Below are positions 19,634-29,615 of a DNA stretch of 64,000 nt, piece by piece. Position 1 is the first letter of the stretch, and the number at the start of each line of letters is the position of its first letter. The notes under the pieces were generated by a model. The model ran no database searches. It was not told the DNA's origin and was given only the letters and a program-made list of their open reading frames with translations. Position numbers and translations under genes: made by a program. The DNA is from an uncultured bacterium. Lineage in GTDB: Bacteria; Acidobacteriota; HRBIN11; JAKEFK01. The stretch is from the NCBI GenBank assembly GCA_963777505.1, contig CAVZQN010000004.1:480001-544000 (forward strand). Reading direction: 5' to 3'.

Positions 19634-21115
19634 ATGAACGTACTCCTCGTCTATCCTGAATATCCTCCAACGTATTGGAGTTTTCGTTTCGCTGTTCCAT
19701 TTCAAGGTAAAAAAGCGTCATATCCACCACTTGGATTAATGACGATTGCACCACTTCTTCCAAAGTCATGGACAAAAAAGCTTGTTGATTTGAATACTGA
19801 CAAACTTGAAGACCGTGATATCAAGTGGGCCGATGTAATCATGGTCAGCGCGATGATTGTTCAGAAGAAATCAACTGTTGAAGTTGTCCGGCGATCTAAA
19901 GCGATGGGGAAAGTTGTTGTTGCTGGTGGTCCACTGTGGGCAAAGGATCCTGACTGTATAGAAGGGGTCGATCATGTCATTGTCGGTGAAGCAGAGTATT
20001 TACTTCCGGAATTCATTCGCGACTTCGAGCAAGGAGTAGCAAAACAGTCATACTCCGCAACGGATATGCCGAATTTAAAAGATACACCTATGCCGGATTT
20101 TGATTTGATCAATATAAAGAACTACAGCTCAATGCTTGTGCAATTCTCCCGCGGATGCCCATTCAATTGCGAATTTTGTGACATCATCGAGATCTTTGGA
20201 CGCAAAGCCAGAGGAAAGGGATTCGATCAGTTCATTAATGAACTTGATTTGCTTTATAGCAAAGGTTGGAAAGGTTCAGTATTTATTGTCGATGACAATT
20301 TTATTGGCAATAAGACAACCATCAGGAACCTTCTTCCTCATCTAATCAGATGGCAAAAAGCACACAGTTATCCCTTTAGTTTCTTTACTGAAGCTTCAGT
20401 AAATCTCGCGCGCGAAGATGACATGCTCGAAATGATGGTTGAAGCAGGATTCCGAAAAGTATTTTTAGGAATTGAAACGCCTGTTGAAGAAAGTTTGAAA
20501 CATACTCAGAAAATGCAAAATACAACAATGGATCTTGTTGAGGCTGTTCGAAAAATTCAACACGCGGGAATGGAAGTCTTAAGTGGATTCATTGTCGGTT
20601 TTGATTCAGACCCTGATGATGTTTTTACGCGCGTCATCGAATTCATTCGAAAGGCAGCAATTCCAGTTTCAATGGTCGGTCTACTTTCTGCGCTGCCAGG
20701 GACTCAATTGACTCGACGGTTGATCAAAGAAGGACGTTTACTGAAAGAAAGCGCCGGAAGTAATACGTACATGGATTTAAATTTCATTCCCGTAATGGAT
20801 GCGAAGAAGTTGATCGATGGTTATAAGAAGATTATCGGGCATATTTATGAGCCAAGGGAATACTACGAACGTGTACTTGAATTCTTGTCGCACTATAAAC
20901 CGCGAATTCGGCAAAGGACAAAATTTCGAGATGTCTTCGCGTTTGGAAACTCTATGCTCAAGCAGGGAATATTAACTTCTGGACAACTTCACTATTGGAA
21001 ATTTCTTGTTAGGGCATACCGTCGCAATTCGGCGGCATTCTCCGAAGCCGTTACGTTGGCCATCATGGGCTACCACTTCAAGAAAGTCAGCCAAATAGAA
21101 TTGGGTTATCAATAG
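19634..21115 (+). CDS. B12-binding radical SAM protein (DUF4070 C-terminus)
   Basis: PPLGLMTIA, SRGCPFNCEFCDI (CxxxCxxC), VDDNFIGN, AIMGYHF. Confidence 0.92.
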   Translation: MNVLLVYPEYPPTYWSFRFAVPFQGKKASYPPLGLMTIAPLLPKSWTKKLVDLNTDKLEDRDIKWADVIMVSAMIVQKKSTVEVVRRSKAMGKVVVAGGPLWAKDPDCIEGVDHVIVGEAEYLLPEFIRDFEQGVAKQSYSATDMPNLKDTPMPDFDLINIKNYSSMLVQFSRGCPFNCEFCDIIEIFGRKARGKGFDQFINELDLLYSKGWKGSVFIVDDNFIGNKTTIRNLLPHLIRWQKAHSYPFSFFTEASVNLAREDDMLEMMVEAGFRKVFLGIETPVEESLKHTQKMQNTTMDLVEAVRKIQHAGMEVLSGFIVGFDSDPDDVFTRVIEFIRKAAIPVSMVGLLSALPGTQLTRRLIKEGRLLKESAGSNTYMDLNFIPVMDAKKLIDGYKKIIGHIYEPREYYERVLEFLSHYKPRIRQRTKFRDVFAFGNSMLKQGILTSGQLHYWKFLVRAYRRNSAAFSEAVTLAIMGYHFKKVSQIELGYQ

Positions 21116-21148
21116 AACTCATAGCGTAAAACGTTTCATCTTCTCAAT

Positions 21149-21547
21149 ATGCTGCTGCGGGTCATCTTTTTTCTGTTTGGCGTATGTTCCCTCATCAATG
21201 GCCTATGGATGTTGATTGCCCCTGAGTCGTGGTACAACGATTTGCCGGCTGCTGTACCTGATACCGGCCCATATAATGGCCATTTCATTCGCGATCTTGG
21301 CCTCGTTTTCGTCTTGATAGCGGGGGGATTCTTTTGGAGCGCATACCGGCTTTATCAATCCAGGCTGGTTCTCTTGTTGATAACAGCATTTTTTACAGGA
21401 CACGCGATCTTACATGTTTTGGATCTTCTTACATCCAGGCTTCCCCATTCACACTGGAAAATAGATACTCCAGCAGTGTTTCTGCCCGCTATCCTGTTGA
21501 TTTTTCTCAGTTTTGTTGCCAGCCGATATCGAGGAGAGTCACTTTAA
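21149..21547 (+). CDS. Small 4-TM membrane protein
   Basis: TGPYNGHFIRDLG motif, hydrophobic helices. Confidence 0.75.
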   Translation: MLLRVIFFLFGVCSLINGLWMLIAPESWYNDLPAAVPDTGPYNGHFIRDLGLVFVLIAGGFFWSAYRLYQSRLVLLLITAFFTGHAILHVLDLLTSRLPHSHWKIDTPAVFLPAILLIFLSFVASRYRGESL

Positions 21548-21638
21548 TCATTTTTTCGAGAATTTCATGCTCTTGTGTTATCTTATGTTGATCCAACTGG
21601 AGGTTGGGACGTTCGATAACCAAATAAAAAGAGGTTGT

Positions 21639-22896
21639 ATGCAAATGGACTGTAGACCAGAGAGGAAGAAAAGCTTTAATTTTTGGGGGTCAATTTTTTT
21701 GAAAAGTACCTTAATTGTTGTTTTGATGCTGAGTTTTACATTTTGCAGCGTGGTTTCAGCACAATCCACGCGCACGGAAGAAATTACACAGGCACAGGCA
21801 GAAAAAGCAAAAGTTTTGAAACCATATGTTCCAAATAAGGCGGAGCGGATCATCATGCGCTTGCAAGAGCTCCCTTTTGTGGGTGGTGCTCCTAAAGGAT
21901 GGTATCCCTTCCTTGGAAGTGCTTTTCCAAGTGGTGGTATTGCAGGTGGACCCGGTTATCGAGCCTTAATCGGAGATACGGGTTATTTCGATATTCACGG
22001 CGCATGGTCTATTTCAAATTACAGAATGGCAGACACGACTTTGCGTCTTCCTGATTTCGGTGGTGGAGTTTTTAAAACCCAATTCAATGGTCATTATGCT
22101 CATGCGGATAAAGTTCGATTTTTCGGAATTGGAAACGATACGTCTGAAGACGATTTAACTCGTTATACGTACAAACCCCTTTCACTTAGGTATTACAGAA
22201 AGGATTGAACCCTCTGATTGGTTTGCTCTTGGTGTTGGCGTTGATTATTTATTGCTTGAAAATGATACGGGTGGCGGAACTGATCCATCGATTGAAGAAG
22301 AGTTCAATTCTATTACAGCTCCTGGTTTGTTTATTGATTTCGAATATATACGACCCCGTGCTTTTGTGGAAATCGACTGGCGCGAGGCTCCCGGTTACAC
22401 AACAAGTGGAGGCTTTTATCGCGCAGATTGGTCGAGATATTCAGAACGTGATATACAAGGGTTTGATTTTGATCGTGTCGATCTTGAAGTCGATCAATTC
22501 TTCCCATTGCTCCGCGCCAACTGGGTGCTCGCGTTGCGCGGGATGGCTTCAACCACAAGCGTAGATGACGGAGACGAGGTTCCATATTTTCTGTTGCCTC
22601 GTTTAGGTGGTGGAAATTATTTACGCGGATTTCCTGACTTCCGATTTATCGATCGGAATCGATTGCTATTAACGGCTGAAATTCGATGGACGCCATCAAA
22701 ATTCCTCGATATGGCTATCTGGTACGAAGCAGGTAAAGTAGCAGCAGATAGATCAGACCTGGATCTTGAGGATCTGCACGATTGTTATGGAATTGGAGCC
22801 CGATTCCATGGTCCATTATCAACGCCTTTACGAATCGAACTTGCCTTTAGCGATGAAGCAACACGACTCATAATCAGCGCAGGCGCGTCATTTTAA
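21639..22896 (+). CDS. Omp85 (BamA/TamA) family outer-membrane barrel lacking obvious POTRA domains, frameshifted near 22185
   Basis: Signal peptide; loop-6 motif LGGGNYLRGFPDFRFID; YGIGARF; C-terminal beta-signal IISAGASF. Confidence 0.82.
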
Positions 22897-22908
22897 CGGG
22901 GGGCAATC

Positions 22909-24570
22909 ATGAAAAATTATATTAAGAAAAAATTGGTTCTGGTGATGAGTTCCGTTTTCATGTTGGCTTTCAGTTGTGCAATATTTGCTGCACCAAAATT
23001 TTATCCCGATGATCCGATTTTAGTTGAGCCTGATTCTCAGGATGCTTCAGGAGCGGAGTCCTGGGATATTAATCTCATTTATGACATTAGTGAGAATTTG
23101 TTTACTAAACCTGGCGACAAGACTCCAAATGTACGTGCTCAAAACATCAACACGATTGATGAGGTTCCAAATTCGAGCTGGTTTACGAATCGGGAAAATC
23201 TGACCCCGGAAATGGTTGCCAAAGCAGTCGATACATCAACTGGACCTGCTCCTGGAAAATGGATGGTTGTTGGTAGTAAAAGCGATGGTGTTTCTCCAGG
23301 GTTCACAATCAAAGATTCGAATGATGTTCGATGGTTCATCAAGTTTGATCCTCCTGATTACCGAAGCATGGCAACTGGAACCGAAGTGGCTGCAAGCAAA
23401 CTATTTTGGGCACTCGGGTTTAATATTCCGGAATATCACATTTCCAGACTCGTGCCCGCAGATCTGGAGATCGCTGAAGGGACATCGATTCGGCTTCCAA
23501 CTGGCAAAAAGCGGGCTATGAATACAGGAGATATTCACAAGCTTTTGAAGCTGGCTGAAAAGGATCCGGATGGATCGTATCGAATCATTGCTAGTAAAGC
23601 TTTGGATGGCAAAATTCTTGGCGGCTTCAGATTCTATGGCACGCGTCCTGATGATCCAAATGATATCTATCCACATGAACATAGAAGAGAATTACGCGGT
23701 TATAGTGTGTTCGCGGCCTGGTTGAATCACGTTGATTTAAAATCAAATCAATCGATGGACACTTTGATTGAGCAAGATGGCAAATCTGTTGTGAAACATC
23801 ATCTCCTCGATTTTAGTTCGACTCTTGGAAGTGGATCGAATCGCGCGCGTGTACCATGGGAAGGATACGAACGACTTTATGAGGGAGGCGGCAATATTGG
23901 AAAAAATGTAGTCTCCCTGGGTTTTCGAATTGCTCCCTGGCGTACAGTCGATTTGTATGAATCAAGTAGTGTTGGAAAAATGACATTTGACAATACTGAA
24001 TGGGATCCGGAAGCGTGGGTTCCGCGCGTTTCTATGGCATCACTTCTGAGAGCGAGGCCTGATGATAAATTTTGGGCAGCGCGGAAAGTAATGGGTATTT
24101 CTGATGAAATGATTCGTGTCTCAATTGAAGCTGGCCAGTTTGATGATGCAGAGGGTACAGAATTTTTGACAACAGCTTTGATTCAACGTCGTAATCAAAT
24201 TGGTAAAGCTTATTTGCCCGCCGTCAATCCTGTTGTTGATCCTGTGTTATCGGATGACGGTACACTAAAGTTTGCAAATGCAGCTGTCGATGCGGGTTTT
24301 GCGAAAGCTCCCGCAAACTATACAGTTACATGGCACCGTTTCGATAATTCAACAGGGACCGCAACTCGCATTGGTAGTAGTGGCAATTCAGCGACTCAGG
24401 TTAAGGCTCCTGCAAATCTTCCAAATGATGATGGGACATATTTGAAACTTGAAATTAATGCGCAGGATCCGTCTTATCCTACATGGGAACAACCGATCCA
24501 TGTATATTTCCATCGCACAGGTGGTGCATGGAAATTGGTTGGACTCGAGAGGTTGCCGAATCAGCAATAG
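22909..24570 (+). CDS. Exported protein with atypical (HipA/PI3-4K-like) kinase motifs
   Basis: Signal peptide; KSDGVSPGF, FIKFD, TGTEVAAS, NHVDLKSNQ, LLDFSSTLG. Confidence 0.65.
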   Translation: MKNYIKKKLVLVMSSVFMLAFSCAIFAAPKFYPDDPILVEPDSQDASGAESWDINLIYDISENLFTKPGDKTPNVRAQNINTIDEVPNSSWFTNRENLTPEMVAKAVDTSTGPAPGKWMVVGSKSDGVSPGFTIKDSNDVRWFIKFDPPDYRSMATGTEVAASKLFWALGFNIPEYHISRLVPADLEIAEGTSIRLPTGKKRAMNTGDIHKLLKLAEKDPDGSYRIIASKALDGKILGGFRFYGTRPDDPNDIYPHEHRRELRGYSVFAAWLNHVDLKSNQSMDTLIEQDGKSVVKHHLLDFSSTLGSGSNRARVPWEGYERLYEGGGNIGKNVVSLGFRIAPWRTVDLYESSSVGKMTFDNTEWDPEAWVPRVSMASLLRARPDDKFWAARKVMGISDEMIRVSIEAGQFDDAEGTEFLTTALIQRRNQIGKAYLPAVNPVVDPVLSDDGTLKFANAAVDAGFAKAPANYTVTWHRFDNSTGTATRIGSSGNSATQVKAPANLPNDDGTYLKLEINAQDPSYPTWEQPIHVYFHRTGGAWKLVGLERLPNQQ

Positions 24571-24586
24571 TTCTGCATTCATGACT

Positions 24587-24611
24587 GGGCGGGTCTTAGA
24601 CCCGCCCCTAC
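24587..24611. repeat. GTAG-family REP (family 1), single copy
   Basis: gggcgggtcttagacccgcccctac. Confidence 0.85.
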
Positions 24612-24720
24612 CTTAATCGGGAATATTTAGATGGAATGAAGTCCCGCTTGTTCCATCTTTATTGACCTTTTTTCGCTGTGAGATTTTAATTTGTCGTCAA
24701 GCCCACTCAGGAGGTTAACA

Positions 24721-27111
24721 GTGCAAAAGTCTTCATTTGTACGCATTTTTTCGATTCTGACCGTTGTTCTTTTATCAACATCCGTTTTTGCATCCGATTG
24801 GCCGGCGTTTCGTGGGCCAAATAATGACGGAAGCGCCTCGGATGGAAAATTCATTCCCCCTGCAGGTGCCGCTCTAGCCGTAGCTTGGAAATCGGCAATA
24901 GGCTCCGGGTATTCCAATATTGCCGTAGCCAATGGTCGTGTTATCACCCTCTTTTCTGATAAAGAGAATGATGTTGCTGCCGCATTTGATTCAGCATCCG
25001 GAAAAGAACTCTGGCGCTATACGATCGGTCCAAAGTACAAAGGACATGATGGTTCGCAAGATGGTCCGATAGCGACACCTGTAATTGCAGATTCAATCGT
25101 TTATGGATTTGGCGCGCATGGTCATCTGTTTGCATTGAATCTTGAGACAGGCAAACCAGTATGGGCTGTTCAGGCTGCTGAAAAACATGGAGCCAAAGCG
25201 CCGGTATATGGTTTTTCTGCATCTCCGGTAGTTGCTGGAGGCGTCCTTGTTGTTGAAATAGGCGGAGATTCTGGCAAAGCGATTGCCGGATTCGATTTAA
25301 AAACAGGCGAGCAACTCTGGACTGCTGGCGAAGACAAAATAAATTATCAATCTCCAGTTGTGTTAAAAAGCGGCGGCAAGGAAGTTGTTGCTGCAATCGG
25401 TGATACGAAATTATTTTTACTTGATCCTGCCTCAGGAAAAGTCCTTTTAGAATATCCGCATGGTGGTGATTCAGCTGAAGTTGTCGTTCCGCTGCCAGTT
25501 GAAAATGACCGGGTGCTTCTGCCTGTTGGTCAAGAAAAAGCAGACCTGGTAAAAATTGTTACTGGCGCAGATGGAAAATTTGCAGTTGAAAAAGTTTGGA
25601 GTGCGGGTGTTTTCAAAAATACATACGCAGTCCCTGTTTATTACAAAGGACATCTTTATGGCTATAACGGTCGCATCTTAACGTGTGTGGATGCTGCTGA
25701 TGGCACTGTTAAATGGAGATCTCGTGAACCTGGCGATGGGTGGCTTCTCGTTGCTGATGGAAATCTCGTAGTTCAAACCAAGAAAGGAACGGTGCATGTC
25801 GCGCCTGCAACTCCGGAAGGATGGAAAGAAATTGCGCAGGTAGAACTTTTTAAGGGCATTTCCTGGGCCCATCCTGTCTATGCATCCGGCGGTGTTTTTT
25901 CGCGGAGTTTTGGTGAGCTGGCGCGATTAGAATGGCGCACCGACAAAGCAGCGGCAGCTGTTGAATCGATAACAACAGACGGATCGCGCTTTGCCAAATT
26001 CATTTCCGAACTTGGCGCGGCATCAGACAAGAAAGCAGCAGTTGATCAATACTTTGCTTCAGTTAAACAGTACCCAATTGTTGAATGGCCTGATTACATT
26101 CATTTTGTCTATCGCGGCGATGCGGAAGATATGGGTATTTCAGGGGATATGATTGGATCGCTTCGTGAAGAACCAATGCAACGCGTTGAAGGTACGGATC
26201 TGTTTTATTATTCAGTGCGCTTGGAACCTGATGCTCACATTCTTTACCGCTTTCATCGCAATTATGATGAACAAATTGCGGACCCAAACAATCCTTACAA
26301 AATTTTAGACCGCCGTGGCAGTCCAATGTCGTACATACCCATGCCCGGTTACAAATCGCCAGAATTTTTGAAAGAAGCTCCTGCATCTAAAAAAGGAAAA
26401 GTTGAGGCACGTGAATTTACAAGTACTAAAAGAAAAGGTGCATCAGCCAAATTAAGCATTTACGTTCCTGCGAATTACGCATCCTCCAAAGACAAATATC
26501 CCGTTGTGTATCTATTTGACGGTGCGATGGCACAAAAGCAGGGTCTTCTACCCACTATCCTTGATAACCTTATCGGCAATGAAATACAGCCGCTGATCGC
26601 TGTAATGATCGATGAAATGAAAACAGGAGAAACGCCGATAGAAGATCAATCGGAAGATATTAAGGTTAGATCTGAAATGTTAGCAAAAGAAATTGTGCCA
26701 TGGATTGATTCGAATTTTAGAACAGTTACAGATTCCAAGAGCCGCGCAGTAATGGGACCAGGAGGAGAATCAATCACTGCATTTTATACAGCCTTTCACC
26801 ATCATGACACCTTCGGAGGTGTTGTAGCACAAACTGTATTTACAGCTGAGCGTTCTGAAGTTGGTCTTGGAAACTTTGTGCCGAACGCCAATGAAGTTCC
26901 GATGAGGATTTACCTGGATTGGGGAATTTATGATTCCCGCGCGCCGTTAGAAGGTTGGGATACACGTCGCGATAGCAAGAGATTTCATTCATTGTTTCTA
27001 GAACGGGGCTACAGACCCGCAGGCGGCGAAGTTCATGAAGGTGCGGGTTGGCCGAACTGGCGCAATCGCGCTGACAAATGGCTTGCAGCACTCTTTCCAA
27101 GCGGATCGTAA
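24721..27111 (+). CDS. PQQ/BamB-like beta-propeller + Ig-like domain + Fes-type alpha/beta-hydrolase fusion (paralog 1)
   Basis: RBS AGGAGG + GTG 24721; signal peptide; DWPAFRGP; propeller repeats; IYVPANY..KYPVVYLFDG; EIVPWIDSNF. Confidence 0.85.
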   Translation: MQKSSFVRIFSILTVVLLSTSVFASDWPAFRGPNNDGSASDGKFIPPAGAALAVAWKSAIGSGYSNIAVANGRVITLFSDKENDVAAAFDSASGKELWRYTIGPKYKGHDGSQDGPIATPVIADSIVYGFGAHGHLFALNLETGKPVWAVQAAEKHGAKAPVYGFSASPVVAGGVLVVEIGGDSGKAIAGFDLKTGEQLWTAGEDKINYQSPVVLKSGGKEVVAAIGDTKLFLLDPASGKVLLEYPHGGDSAEVVVPLPVENDRVLLPVGQEKADLVKIVTGADGKFAVEKVWSAGVFKNTYAVPVYYKGHLYGYNGRILTCVDAADGTVKWRSREPGDGWLLVADGNLVVQTKKGTVHVAPATPEGWKEIAQVELFKGISWAHPVYASGGVFSRSFGELARLEWRTDKAAAAVESITTDGSRFAKFISELGAASDKKAAVDQYFASVKQYPIVEWPDYIHFVYRGDAEDMGISGDMIGSLREEPMQRVEGTDLFYYSVRLEPDAHILYRFHRNYDEQIADPNNPYKILDRRGSPMSYIPMPGYKSPEFLKEAPASKKGKVEAREFTSTKRKGASAKLSIYVPANYASSKDKYPVVYLFDGAMAQKQGLLPTILDNLIGNEIQPLIAVMIDEMKTGETPIEDQSEDIKVRSEMLAKEIVPWIDSNFRTVTDSKSRAVMGPGGESITAFYTAFHHHDTFGGVVAQTVFTAERSEVGLGNFVPNANEVPMRIYLDWGIYDSRAPLEGWDTRRDSKRFHSLFLERGYRPAGGEVHEGAGWPNWRNRADKWLAALFPSGS

Positions 27112-27126
27112 ACTCTAATAGTAGAC

Positions 27127-27204
27127 TAGGGGCGGGTGCAGAGGACGAGAGTTTCTCCGAAGCACTGTCGTCGCCACTCGGCAGTTTCCAAGACCCACCC
27201 CTAC
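27127..27204. repeat. REP family 1 copy with a roughly 50-nt expanded interior
   Basis: taggggcgggt...agacccacccctac. Confidence 0.7.
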
Positions 27205-27227
27205 AATTTATGCAAGGAGACCGGTAG

Positions 27228-29615
27228 ATGCCTCTATTCTTAGCGCTTATCTTGTTGCTTTCTTTCAGTAGCTCTACTTTTGCTTCAGTTGAATGGCCCA
27301 GTCTTCGTGGTCCAGCTTATGACGGGACTACCAAGGGTGGAAATTTCGCGATTTCGGATGGCGCACTCGACGTTGCATGGAAAACTGCAATTGGTCCAGG
27401 ATATTCCGGCGTGACGATCGTAAACGGTAAAGCAATCACGATGTTCTCCGATGGTTCTCATGATTTTGCAGCATCCTTTGATGCAACATCAGGAAAAGAA
27501 ATCTGGCGATACAAGATTGCAGAAACATATAAAGGTCATGATGGATCCCATGATGGACCGATTGCTACTACAGTAGTAGCTGGCGGACGTGTTTTTGGAT
27601 TTGGCGCTTGGGGTCACCTTTTTGCGCTGGATCTAAATACCGGCAAATTAATTTGGTCCAAAAATGCCGTGGAATTGGGTGGACAAAAACCTTTTTATGG
27701 TTTTGGCTCATCACCGGTGGTTGTCGATGGAGTTCTGGTTGTTGAAATCGGTGCGAAAGAAGGGAAAGCGATCGCTGCATTCGACGTAACAAATGGCGAA
27801 CGTAAATGGATGTTGGGCGATGATGTTGTCAGTTATCAAACTCCAATCACCATCACCTTCAATGGAAAGGAACAAGTTGTTGCCGTTGGAGATAAAAAAC
27901 TTTTCGGCATCGATCCATCCGGCAAAATATTGTGGGAGTATGCCCATGAGGGTGACGACAGGCCGATGGCTTCCGGCAGTTTAATACCGGTCCCTGCAGG
28001 CGACGGAAAGCTGTTATTAAAAAATAAATCGGAAACATCCACATTAATAAAGCTTGTGAGCTCAGCCGATGGAAAGATGAATGCTGAAAATGTCTGGACT
28101 GCTGGAGTCTTCAAAAATACTTACAGTGTTCCTGTTTATCATGATGGTTATTTTTTCGGACATAATGGAAGAATCCTGACGTGTGTTGATGCAGCAAACG
28201 GTGAATTGAAGTGGAGATCACGCGCACCAGGCGATGGCTTTCTGATTGTTGTAGATGGGCATCTTGTCGTTCAAACAAAAGCCGGAAGTTTGCATGTCGC
28301 AAAGGCCAGCCCGGAAGGCTGGGTCGAAAAATCAATGCTTGAATTATTTCCAGCTTCTTCATGGACGTCTCCAAGTTTTGCAGATGGTGCTGTGTTTGCC
28401 CGCAGTCAGGGCGAAATTGCACGCATTGAATGGAAATCGCAAGTGAGTGCAACTGCTTCTCCAGCTGTTACCGGCAGCGTTTCTCCTGCTTCAGATTTTG
28501 GGAGTTTCCTAACACGATTAAATTCAGCTCCTGATAAGAAAATCGCTGTTGATGAATTTCTCGCTTCTGTGAAGTCTTATCCTCTGATTGAGTGGCCCGA
28601 TCAAGTCCATTTTTTGTATCGCGGCGATGCCGAAGATATGGGAATTTCAGGCGATATGACCGGTGCACGGCGGGAAGATCAAATGAAGCGTGTTCCTGGG
28701 ACGGATCTTTTTTATTACTCAATTAAACTCGAACCAGATGGACGATTGAATTACTTTTACATCAAGAATTATGAACAGATCATTGCAGATCCGCATAACG
28801 GTCGTCTGACGCAAGATCGCCGTGGGAATCCGAATTCATGGTTTTCAATGCCCGCCTGGGATGAACCTTCTTACTTAAATGATGCACCTGAAGAACGCCG
28901 TGGACGATTACAAACTCACGAATTAAAGAGTACGTTACGTCCGGGTGGGGGCGTTAATTTCGAAGTTTATCTTCCCGCTGGCTATGATACAAACACCAAA
29001 CGGTATCCTGTACTTTATCTCTTTGATGGGCCTGCTGCGAAAACACAAGGAATGATTGTGAATGCATTCGACAATCTGATGGGAACTCTGGCGCAACCTG
29101 TGATCGTTGTTCTAATGGATGAGATAAAAACAGGAGAAAAGCCGTTAGAAGAGGTGAAAGAGGAACTCGATGCAAGTGTTGTGGTTCTTGCAAAGGAGTT
29201 AGTCCCTTTTATTGATTCTACTTATCGAACCATTAAAGACGTAAAATCGCGTGCGGCCATGTCCTCCGGTTTTTGGTCTCCTACCGCTTATTATGCTGCG
29301 TTCAAAAATCAAGGATTATTTGGTGCGGTTGGTTCCCAATCCGCTTTCCTGATGGGCGAAGAATACCAGCTGCTGAAAGATTCAGTCAGTTCACCAGGGG
29401 ATAACCCGTTGCGGATGTATATAGATTGGGGTTCGTATGATATTCGGGCAACTCGCGAAGGCTGGGATATGGTCAAAGAAAACAGAGAATTCATTTCGTT
29501 TTTCAGAGACAAAGGGTTCTACCCAGCAGGTGGCGAATTCCATGATGGAACTGGCTGGACAAGCTGGCGAAATCGCACCGATCGCTGGTTAACGGCATTG
29601 TTTCCAATTCAATAA
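27228..29615 (+). CDS. PQQ/BamB-like beta-propeller + Ig-like domain + Fes-type alpha/beta-hydrolase fusion (paralog 2)
   Basis: EWPSLRGP; shares YKGHDGSxDGPIAT, AGVFKNTY and YRGDAEDMGISGDM with paralog 1. Confidence 0.85.
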   Translation: MPLFLALILLLSFSSSTFASVEWPSLRGPAYDGTTKGGNFAISDGALDVAWKTAIGPGYSGVTIVNGKAITMFSDGSHDFAASFDATSGKEIWRYKIAETYKGHDGSHDGPIATTVVAGGRVFGFGAWGHLFALDLNTGKLIWSKNAVELGGQKPFYGFGSSPVVVDGVLVVEIGAKEGKAIAAFDVTNGERKWMLGDDVVSYQTPITITFNGKEQVVAVGDKKLFGIDPSGKILWEYAHEGDDRPMASGSLIPVPAGDGKLLLKNKSETSTLIKLVSSADGKMNAENVWTAGVFKNTYSVPVYHDGYFFGHNGRILTCVDAANGELKWRSRAPGDGFLIVVDGHLVVQTKAGSLHVAKASPEGWVEKSMLELFPASSWTSPSFADGAVFARSQGEIARIEWKSQVSATASPAVTGSVSPASDFGSFLTRLNSAPDKKIAVDEFLASVKSYPLIEWPDQVHFLYRGDAEDMGISGDMTGARREDQMKRVPGTDLFYYSIKLEPDGRLNYFYIKNYEQIIADPHNGRLTQDRRGNPNSWFSMPAWDEPSYLNDAPEERRGRLQTHELKSTLRPGGGVNFEVYLPAGYDTNTKRYPVLYLFDGPAAKTQGMIVNAFDNLMGTLAQPVIVVLMDEIKTGEKPLEEVKEELDASVVVLAKELVPFIDSTYRTIKDVKSRAAMSSGFWSPTAYYAAFKNQGLFGAVGSQSAFLMGEEYQLLKDSVSSPGDNPLRMYIDWGSYDIRATREGWDMVKENREFISFFRDKGFYPAGGEFHDGTGWTSWRNRTDRWLTALFPIQ

